Shown piece after piece: positions 34,506 to 41,538 of a stretch of DNA of 41,538 nt (positions are counted from its first letter, which is position 1; each line of letters begins with the position of its first letter). The DNA comes from a virus. Its lineage: Duplodnaviria > Caudoviricetes. The stretch is taken from IMG/VR virus record IMGVR_UViG_3300001730_000004, positions 1-41,538 of that record, one strand, 5' to 3'. The position numbers and the translations under genes were made by a program. The notes under the pieces were generated by a model. That model saw only the letters and a program-made list of their open reading frames with translations. It did not search any database and was not told the DNA's origin.

Positions 34506-34700
34506 GTGAGGCGGGCGCGCGCCGTGTTCTGGGCCGCGGTGGCCGGCTACTGCCATTTCCGAGGCCTGCTCGACAATGAGCGGCTCGACCGCGCGGGCCT
34601 CAAGCACACCGATCAGCCTTGCCTGCGGTGCGCGCTCGACCCGTGGCGCGACCGCATGCGGGACGCGACGTTGCGAGCCCTGCGGGAGCGTGGAGCGTGA
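34506..34700 (+). CDS. Small hypothetical protein (CH...H...CxxC)
   Basis: GTG start; GTGA-coupled to the methyltransferase gene. Confidence 0.5.
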   Translation: MRRARAVFWAAVAGYCHFRGLLDNERLDRAGLKHTDQPCLRCALDPWRDRMRDATLRALRERGA

Positions 34701-35842
34701 GGCGGATCTGCGGCACTCACCCAGCGGCCGAGATCTTCCCGCTGCTGCCCGAAGAGGGCCTCGCGGCGCTCGCGGCGAACATCCGTGACCGCGGCCTCCT
34801 GCAGGCGCTCGTCGTCGAACGTGAGACGGGCTTGCTGCTCGACGGCCGGAACCGACTCGCCGCGTGCGAGCGCGTGGGGGTGGAACCGCGCGTCCGGCTC
34901 GTCGACGTCGAGGACCCGATCGCCTTCGTCTTGAGCGCCAACCTCCACCGTCGCCACCTCAACGAGAGCCAGCGTGCTATGGTGGCAGCGCGCATCGCGA
35001 CGCTCGCCGACGGACAGCGCCAGGTCGGCAAATTTGCCGACGTGCCCACCCAGGCGCAGGCGGCGGCGCACCTCGGCACGAGCGAGCGCAGCGTGCGCGC
35101 CGCCCGCTCGGTGATCGAGACGGCCGCGCCCGAGGTGGTCGCGGCCGTCGACCACGGGCTGCTCGCCGTCTCGGCCGCGGCCGAGCTCGCCGCGCTCGAG
35201 CACCAGGTGCAGCGCGAGGTCCTCGAGGAGACGCGCGGGGACGGCCGCCGCGTGCGCACCGAGATCCGGCGCCGCCAGCGCACCGAGCGCATCAACGAGA
35301 TCGCCCGGGGCAACGCGCCGCTGGGCGCCTCGCAGCGCTACGCGGTGATCTACGCCGACCCGGCCTGGCGCTACGAACACGCCGCGAGCGAGTCGCGAGC
35401 GATCGAGAACCAGTACCCGACCATGGCCCTCGAGGAGATCTGCGCTCTGCCGGTGAGCGAGATCGCGACGCCGGACGCCGTGCTCTTCTGCTGGGCCACG
35501 TCGCCGCTGCTGGCCAACTCGCTGCGCGTCATCGAGGCCTGGGACTTCGTCTACCGGACCTGCATGGTCTGGGACAAGGAACGGCTCGGGATGGGGTACT
35601 GGGCGCGTCAGCAGCACGAGCTGTTGCTGATCGCGACCCGCGGCAACCCGCCCGCTCCTGCGCCGGCCGCGCGCCCCGCCTCGGTGGTCCGCGAGCGCCG
35701 GGGGGAGCACTCGGTGAAGCCCGACAGCTTCGCGGCGCTCATCGCGCGGATGTTCCCGGAGCTGCCTCGCGTCGAGCTCTTCGCGCGCTCACCGCGGCCT
35801 GGCTGGGCGGTGTGGGGCAACCAGTCGGGGGCGGCGGCATGA
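34697..35842 (+). CDS. ParB-N domain fused to MT-A70-family adenine methyltransferase
   Basis: HPAAEIFP, LLDGRNRL.AC and ANL.RRHL (ParB-like); IYADPAW, YPTM, HELLL, HSVKP, ELFAR and GW.VWGNQ (MT-A70). Confidence 0.9.
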   Translation: MRRICGTHPAAEIFPLLPEEGLAALAANIRDRGLLQALVVERETGLLLDGRNRLAACERVGVEPRVRLVDVEDPIAFVLSANLHRRHLNESQRAMVAARIATLADGQRQVGKFADVPTQAQAAAHLGTSERSVRAARSVIETAAPEVVAAVDHGLLAVSAAAELAALEHQVQREVLEETRGDGRRVRTEIRRRQRTERINEIARGNAPLGASQRYAVIYADPAWRYEHAASESRAIENQYPTMALEEICALPVSEIATPDAVLFCWATSPLLANSLRVIEAWDFVYRTCMVWDKERLGMGYWARQQHELLLIATRGNPPAPAPAARPASVVRERRGEHSVKPDSFAALIARMFPELPRVELFARSPRPGWAVWGNQSGAAA

Positions 35843-35860
35843 GACAGCCCGAGGCAGCGA

Positions 35861-36010
35861 TCAGTCTGGCTTCTTCGGTGGCTTCGGCAGCCCCTGACGC
35901 GGTGGCTTCTTCACGTGCGACTGAGTGTTGGCGCCGTCTCGTCGAGGAACGGCCTCGGTTCGCGGCCCTGGGCGTGGACTCTTGTCGTTCGGCGGCTTCG
36001 GAGTTGTCAT
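35861..36010 (-). CDS. Small Pro/Lys-rich peptide (49 aa)
   Basis: MTTPKPPNDKSPRPGP...KKPPRQGLPKPPKKPD; divergent from the membrane-protein gene. Confidence 0.4.
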   Translation of the reverse strand: MTTPKPPNDKSPRPGPRTEAVPRRDGANTQSHVKKPPRQGLPKPPKKPD

Positions 36011-36046
36011 GCTCCCGATCATCCCACGGTCCAGGAGACGTACGCA

Positions 36047-36661
36047 ATGAGCACGCCCCCCACCCTTCAGGCCCTCGTGATCGCCGCGCTGGTGTTCCTC
36101 CCCGGGATCCTGGCCGCTCGCACGTACCGCAACATGGCGGGCCTTCGCCCTGGCACGAGCCGCGAGGACCGCTTCGGCAACACGGTGATCTGGTCGGCGA
36201 TCAATGGGACCCTCTTGCTGTTGTTCTGGGGCTGGGTGGGTCCGACGCTCGAGCGAGTCATGGTGGACGGAGCGACGCTGCGCGACCGCGGCTGGCTTGC
36301 CTTCCTGACGACGCTCCTGCCCTTCGCGCTCGCCATCGCGGCGGGTCTGGTGAGTCGGTTCACGAGGGTGCGCGACTGGATGCAGCGGAGCGGCTTCATG
36401 CACTCGGAGTCGAGCCCGCCCTGGGACCGGCTGACCTCCCCGCGGGGCGACCAGTCACCCGGCTTCTGGATCTACTTCGACCACAACGGCGAGAGCTACT
36501 GCTGCGAGTCGGCGCGCACGTCGTCGAGCCAGATCTACGGTCAGCGTGTCCACCTGATGGACGCCACCGGGACCTACCTCCCGATGGAGGGCGTGACCGG
36601 CGTCCTGCTGATCGAGTTCGGCGAGCGTGTGCTCTTCCTTGGCGAGGACGAGCCGCTCTAG
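36047..36661 (+). CDS. Three-TM membrane protein with C-terminal soluble domain (DUF6338-like)
   Basis: RBS AGGAG; P.TLQAL...FLPG, three hydrophobic segments, P.WD, W...., IY and GVLL patterns. Confidence 0.65.
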   Translation: MSTPPTLQALVIAALVFLPGILAARTYRNMAGLRPGTSREDRFGNTVIWSAINGTLLLLFWGWVGPTLERVMVDGATLRDRGWLAFLTTLLPFALAIAAGLVSRFTRVRDWMQRSGFMHSESSPPWDRLTSPRGDQSPGFWIYFDHNGESYCCESARTSSSQIYGQRVHLMDATGTYLPMEGVTGVLLIEFGERVLFLGEDEPL

Positions 36662-36695
36662 GCCGCTCAGTCAGCGCCCTCCCCGGGAGGGTCCG

Positions 36696-37820
36696 ATGAC
36701 CGAGGGGTTCGTGTGCCTGCGCATCTGGGGCGCTCGCGTGACGCGGGCGGGGTGCGCGTCACGCTGGCGCCGCGCGGAGCGACACCTCCGGGGCGGCGCC
36801 AAGGCGGGCGAGCAGCGCCTGAACAAGTCCGAGTGCGCCGGCTGCCCGCTCGGCCGCGCGCACGACGCCGGCGACGCGCCGACCCGCTGGCCCGCCGAGC
36901 TCGAGAAGATCGGCGGCGAGCCGATCAGGCTGGTGCAGCTCGCCGTGCATGCGTCTGTCGAGGCGCCCGCGCCGGCGCCCGCGCCGACGCCCCTTCCGTC
37001 CCGACCTCCGCTTCGCGAGGAGCCTCCGGAGCATTCCCCCGGCCTGCCCCCCCACCGGGGCGCTCCGGAGGCTCCTCGCGCGGCGGAGGCGGTGACCCCT
37101 GCAGAGGACGAACGCATGCGAGACGAGGACGAGACCGGGGCCCTGCGAGCCGAGGACCCGCCGCCGCGGACGAAGGCCCGAAGGGGCAAGGAGCCCAAGC
37201 TGTACTCGTTCCGCGGGGCGCTGCGCAGCGTCCGGGAGGTGGCCGCCCTGCCCGAGGTGCAGGCGCGGGGCCTGGTCAAGGCCGACCTCTACAACCGCCT
37301 CCGCGACGGGTGGACGCTCGAGGAGGCCGTGTTGGCGCGCAAGCGGGAGCGACGAGCGGAGATGCTCGAGCGCCTGCGCGAAGAGAACGTGCCCGCACCT
37401 GCTCCGCGCGGCAGCCGGGGCCTGTGCGACGAGAACGTGCCCGCACCCGCTCCGCGCGGCAGCCGGAGGTACCGCCTGGCCACCGCGGCGGCGCAGGAGT
37501 CGCGGGAAGAGTCGCGGGACGAGGTGGAGGCGGACGCCCAGGAGCCGCAGGCGGACGCGCAGGAGCCGCAGGGCGCTGAGGAGGCCGACCCGCCGCCGGC
37601 GGTCGCCGAGCCTGATCCGGCGCCCCGTGGTGACTCGCCCGAGCGCTCGCCTCGCGAGCAGCGGGCCTGGCGCCTGCTCGAGCTGCGGGACGAGATCAGC
37701 GCCCTCTTCCGCGCCCTGTCCATCAGCGGCGGCCACGCCCTCGACGACGTCTACCAGGCCGCCGCCGGCGAAGTGCGCGCGTACGAGTTGCTCCGCGACG
37801 ACGGACGGAGCCGCTCGTGA
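36696..37820 (+). CDS. Hypothetical protein: N-terminal Cys cluster, central HTH-like domain, low-complexity repeats
   Basis: RBS GGAGG; C...C...CAGC; YSFRG...LYNRLRDGWTLEEAV; tandem peptide repeats. Confidence 0.65.
   Translation: MTEGFVCLRIWGARVTRAGCASRWRRAERHLRGGAKAGEQRLNKSECAGCPLGRAHDAGDAPTRWPAELEKIGGEPIRLVQLAVHASVEAPAPAPAPTPLPSRPPLREEPPEHSPGLPPHRGAPEAPRAAEAVTPAEDERMRDEDETGALRAEDPPPRTKARRGKEPKLYSFRGALRSVREVAALPEVQARGLVKADLYNRLRDGWTLEEAVLARKRERRAEMLERLREENVPAPAPRGSRGLCDENVPAPAPRGSRRYRLATAAAQESREESRDEVEADAQEPQADAQEPQGAEEADPPPAVAEPDPAPRGDSPERSPREQRAWRLLELRDEISALFRALSISGGHALDDVYQAAAGEVRAYELLRDDGRSRS
37383..37571 (+). repeat. Intragenic duplications (36 bp x2; 21 bp x2)
   Basis: ENVPAPAPRGSR coding unit at 37383-37418 and 37431-37466 (one mismatch); ADAQEPQ unit tandem at about 37530-37571. 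Confidence 0.8.
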
Positions 37821-38485
37821 GCCGCGACTTGCGGGTCAGCGGCTACGTGCCGAAGCGGTGGGTCGCGAAGCGTCTCTGGGCGGCCGGCGTCTACGAGGTC
37901 GCGCTCCTGCAGCACGCCGAGCGGTGGGAGACGCTCGCTGACGCATGGCGGGAGTGCGACCTCGTCGAGCTCGTCCTCCCGCTCGCGATCCTCCGCGGCG
38001 CTCCCGCCCTGACGGTCGTACGCGTCGCCGGGGGCTGGTTGGCGGACGCGTACGACGTGGCCGTGGGCCCGGGCGGCGAGTGGCCGGACGTAGACCGCGA
38101 CCTGCTCGGCCGTTGCGTCGTCGAGCCGGCGGCGCCGGACTTCGACGTCGTGCGACTGGGCCAGCTCAGGGACAGGGCCATCCGTCGAGCGGGTGCGCGC
38201 GCTCCGGGGCTCCACCGCTACCGCCTGCTCACCGCGGCCGCGCACCTCGCGGCGCTCGGGATCCAGCGCGCGTACCCGACCGGCGCGGGCGCGGCGGACG
38301 CCGAGCTCGTCGGGGAGCACTCGCTCGGCGCCGTTCGCGACGCCGCGACGCGCACCGAGCTGGACCTCTTCTCGCCCCTCGTCGACGCCGAGGCGTACGA
38401 GACCGCGGCGCTCCTGCTCGCACGCGCGTCGGTGGACGTCGACGAGAGCCTCGACGAATCGCAAGCAACCGTGTCTGACGCCTGA
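37817..38485 (+). CDS. Hypothetical helical protein
   Basis: GTGA-coupled; ETLADAWREC pattern. Confidence 0.6.
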   Translation: MSRDLRVSGYVPKRWVAKRLWAAGVYEVALLQHAERWETLADAWRECDLVELVLPLAILRGAPALTVVRVAGGWLADAYDVAVGPGGEWPDVDRDLLGRCVVEPAAPDFDVVRLGQLRDRAIRRAGARAPGLHRYRLLTAAAHLAALGIQRAYPTGAGAADAELVGEHSLGAVRDAATRTELDLFSPLVDAEAYETAALLLARASVDVDESLDESQATVSDA

Positions 38486-38531
38486 CGTCTGGAGCCGTCT
38501 TTCGGTGCCGCAAACACACAGCGACTTGCCC

Positions 38532-41060
38532 ATGAGCGCCCTGCTCTCCGCAGCCCTCGAGTATGCCAAGCACGGCTGGTACGTCGTGCCGCTGCGTGCT
38601 CGGGGGAAAGAGCCACGCGTCCTCGATTGGGTGAACGAGGCGTCGTGCGATCCCGAGCAGATCCGCGCGTGGTGGCGTCGCTGGCCCGACTCCAACATCG
38701 GGATCGCCTGCGGCCGCAACACCGGGCTCGACGTCCTCGACATCGACGGCGACGAGGGCGCCGCCACGCTCGCCGCGCTGGAGGCGGAGCACGGACCCAT
38801 CCCGGCGACGTTCGAGGTGAGCACCCGGAACGGGCGTCACCTCTACTTCTGGGCGAACGAGGACGTCAGGAACAGCGTCAAGAACCTCGAGATATTCGGG
38901 CCCGGCGTGGACACGCGCGCGCAGGGAGGACAGGTCGTTGCGCCGCCCTCCATCCACCCCGAGGGGCACGTGTACGCGTGGCGGCCAGGGCATTCGCCAC
39001 GTGAGCTCGAGGCGCCCACGTCCTGGCCGCCCTGGGTGATCCAACGGTTCGTCGCATACCAAGAAGAGCGTCGGGCTCGTCCGGAGCCGAGGCACACCGT
39101 GGATCCCGTCGCCGACGGCGCTCAGCGCTACGCGCGCGCGGCGCTCGAGCGGGAGGTCGCTGACCTCGCGGAGGTGGGGCAGGGGGGCCGAAACGACGCT
39201 CTCAACCGGGCGTCTTTCAACCTGGGCCAGCTCGTCGGCGCCGGCGCTCTGGATGAGTATGAGGTCTGGGATCGCTTGCTCGAGGCCTGCGAGCGCAACG
39301 GCCTGCTCGAGGACGACGGTCGCAGGCAGTGCGAAAAGACGATCCGCTCGGGTGTTCAGGGTGGTCGCCAGCAGCCCAGGGCGATCCCGGAGCCTCGGTA
39401 CGCGCGCTCGCGCGAGCCGTCGGCTCCTCGGCCGAACGCGTCGCCTCCTTTCGAGGACCCGCCGCCGCCGGACGGCCCGGACGACTACATGGGCGGCGGT
39501 GACGACGGCGACGGCGACGATCTCCCCGAGATCATCAACGACACGAAGCTTGCGCGGATGGTCCGTGAGGCCGACTACTGGCTGTCGCAGGACCCTGAGC
39601 TGTTTCAGCGGGGCAACTTGCTGGTCCAGGTTCTGCGAGACTCGGCGCCGCTCGCCGGGGAGGGACGGACCAGACAGGCGCCCCGGATCGGCGAGATCCG
39701 CCCCCAGTGGCTCGCTGCCCTCTCGACGCGCCGTGTGCGTTGGATCAAGCGCACGTGGAAGGCTGCACGCGGCAACCGAGAGGGCTACTGGGAGATGACG
39801 CCCTGTCGTCCTCCGCGAGACGTGATCGGAGCCTTGTACGAGCGCGGCCACTGGGAGCATGTCCGCCACCTGGAGGGCGTCAGCGTGTGTCCGATCCTGC
39901 GCCCGGACGGGACGGTCCTCGAAGAGCCTGGCTACGACCCGCTCACGGGAGTGCTGTACGAGCCGCTCGAGCAGTTCCCCCCGATCCCCGAGCAACCGGA
40001 CGAGCTCGACGCGGAGGCGGCGCTCGAACGGCTCTGCGACGTCGTCTGTGACTTCCCGTTCGAGTCCGTCGAGCACAAGGCCGCGTGGGTCGCCGCCACC
40101 CTGACCCCTCTCGCCCGCTACGCGTTCCGCGGGCCGTCGCCGCTGTTCCTCTTCGACGCGAACACCCCTGGCGCTGGCAAGGGCAAGCTGGCCAACGTCA
40201 CCAGCGAGATCGGAATCGGTGCGGTGCCCGCCGTGATGGTGCACACTCGCGATGAGAGCGAGGAGCGGAAGAGGATCACCAGCTACGCGCTGGAGTCCGA
40301 GCCCGTCGTCCTCATTGACAACGTAGAAGGTACATTCGGCTCGAGCGCGATGTGCGTCGCGCTGACCTCAGACACGTGGTCCGACCGCATTCTCGGCGGT
40401 AGCCGCACCTACAAGGGGCCGTTGACGACGACGTGGCTGATGACCGCGAACAACGTCCAGCTGACGACCGACATGGTGCGCCGCACCTGTCACATTCGGC
40501 TGAACGTCGACGAGGAGCGACCCGAGGAGCGGACTGGCTTCCGCTACCCGCACCTCGAGCAGCACGTCCGGCGCCACCGGCCCCAGCTGGTGGCTGCGGC
40601 GTTGACCATGCTCCGCGCCTACTGTGTCGCAGGCCGGCCCGATCAGGGCCTACCCTCGTGGGGCAGCTTCGAGGGGTGGAGCGCCCTGGTGCGCCAGGCC
40701 GTGGTGTTCGCTGGGATGCCCGACCCGGGCAAGACTCGGGAGAACCTGCGCGCGGTAGCGAACCTCGACAGCGACGCGCTGACGGACTTCGTCAACGCGC
40801 TGCACGAGCACGCTCCGGAGGGCGCAGGGAAGACGGTGGGCAACATCCTCGCGATGGCTCGGGACCACGAGGAGCTCCGTGACGCGCTGCACGCCTTCGG
40901 CGGACAGAAGGCGCTCGCCTCCGCGAAGTCTCTCGGCTGGCTGCTGCGCAAGCACCGCAACCGCATCGTCGACGGCAAGGCGATCGCCGGCGAGAAGGAC
41001 GACCACCGCAAGCAGTGGGTCTGGTGGGTCCGGCGCACCGAGAGGACCGCGGATGCATAG
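38532..41060 (+). CDS. Bifunctional primase-polymerase (Prim-Pol) fused to SF3-like helicase
   Basis: NIGIACG...VLDID, GRHLYF, GVDTR..GG.VVAPPSIH; PriCT-like GRNDAL; P-loop PGAGKG, Walker B VLIDN, motif C TANN. Start could be GTG 38505. Confidence 0.9.
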   Translation: MSALLSAALEYAKHGWYVVPLRARGKEPRVLDWVNEASCDPEQIRAWWRRWPDSNIGIACGRNTGLDVLDIDGDEGAATLAALEAEHGPIPATFEVSTRNGRHLYFWANEDVRNSVKNLEIFGPGVDTRAQGGQVVAPPSIHPEGHVYAWRPGHSPRELEAPTSWPPWVIQRFVAYQEERRARPEPRHTVDPVADGAQRYARAALEREVADLAEVGQGGRNDALNRASFNLGQLVGAGALDEYEVWDRLLEACERNGLLEDDGRRQCEKTIRSGVQGGRQQPRAIPEPRYARSREPSAPRPNASPPFEDPPPPDGPDDYMGGGDDGDGDDLPEIINDTKLARMVREADYWLSQDPELFQRGNLLVQVLRDSAPLAGEGRTRQAPRIGEIRPQWLAALSTRRVRWIKRTWKAARGNREGYWEMTPCRPPRDVIGALYERGHWEHVRHLEGVSVCPILRPDGTVLEEPGYDPLTGVLYEPLEQFPPIPEQPDELDAEAALERLCDVVCDFPFESVEHKAAWVAATLTPLARYAFRGPSPLFLFDANTPGAGKGKLANVTSEIGIGAVPAVMVHTRDESEERKRITSYALESEPVVLIDNVEGTFGSSAMCVALTSDTWSDRILGGSRTYKGPLTTTWLMTANNVQLTTDMVRRTCHIRLNVDEERPEERTGFRYPHLEQHVRRHRPQLVAAALTMLRAYCVAGRPDQGLPSWGSFEGWSALVRQAVVFAGMPDPGKTRENLRAVANLDSDALTDFVNALHEHAPEGAGKTVGNILAMARDHEELRDALHAFGGQKALASAKSLGWLLRKHRNRIVDGKAIAGEKDDHRKQWVWWVRRTERTADA

Positions 41061-41264
41061 CCCGCACAAACCCGCGGGGAACGGAGAAACCCGCGGCAAA
41101 ACCCGACGCACAAGCCTGCGAGATGACAAAGGAAACCGAGGGACGCGGGTTTTCGCGGGGTTAAGTCGCAACATCTTAACGTGGAGCCCTAATTTCTGTT
41201 TGAAATCTGTATGCAATCTGAGAAAGCCGCAGAAAGCCCATAACCCGCAGACAAACCCGCAACC
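41061..41264. promoter_or_regulatory. Putative replication origin: AAACCCGC iteron-like repeats around an AT-rich core
   Basis: AAACCCGC at 41068, 41087 and 41253, variants at 41099, 41223 and 41242, inverted GCGGGTTT at 41145; GTTAAG...CTTAAC dyad 41160-41180; AT-rich 41190-41225. Confidence 0.6.
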
Positions 41265-41538
41265 TCTCCGATCCTGGGCACGAGGGTTGCGAGGTGAAGC
41301 CACCGCCGACCACCTTCTACGGAACCGCCCCCAAGTGCGGCAACGCACCCGCTGTGCCACCCTCCACGCAAGGGGGCGACGCATGCGGACGCGACGCCCT
41401 CACTCGCCCTCTACGCCCCTCAGCGCCACGGACGGCTCCACCCCCGGACGAGCGCTACCCGAGCGCAGACACGCCAACGTCAGCCCGCGGCAGGGCCACC
41501 ACGAGCACCCCCCCTCCAACAGTTGTGGAGACTCCAAG

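Noticed and set aside
41265-41538. Coding gene (e.g. HNH nuclease) before the genome end
   Set aside because: No ORF with credible composition or motifs; the region looks non-coding with short dyads (e.g. CTCCA...TGGAG near 41514-41530).

Overview
The window reads as an essentially complete genome of a very GC-rich temperate myovirus (contractile tail), in the non-integrated form. The + strand late arm (71-21589) carries terminase, a Mu-like portal, an S49 protease/scaffold, a Mu gpT-like capsid, neck, sheath, tube, a frameshifting tail chaperone, tape measure, baseplate, a split tail-fibre module and a lysis cassette. The centre holds an intact attP: the 3' half of tRNA-Gly(CCC), flanked by two identical 27-bp arm repeats, next to a tyrosine integrase and an overlapping excisionase-like gene. 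The leftward early operon encodes a ParB-like protein, a PD-(D/E)XK exonuclease, an SMC-like ATPase and many small Cys-rich ORFs. A divergent cI/cro pair has near-identical HTH domains. The rightward early arm encodes a ParB-MT-A70 methyltransferase and a Prim-Pol/SF3 helicase, followed by an iteron-like origin. Joining the two window ends gives TCCAAG-N12-CTTGGA, a candidate 12-nt cos site. A Myxococcota host is inferred from GC content and a DAG/DGG-linker Cys-rich lipoprotein. All family calls come from motif recognition and gene order; no database search was run.
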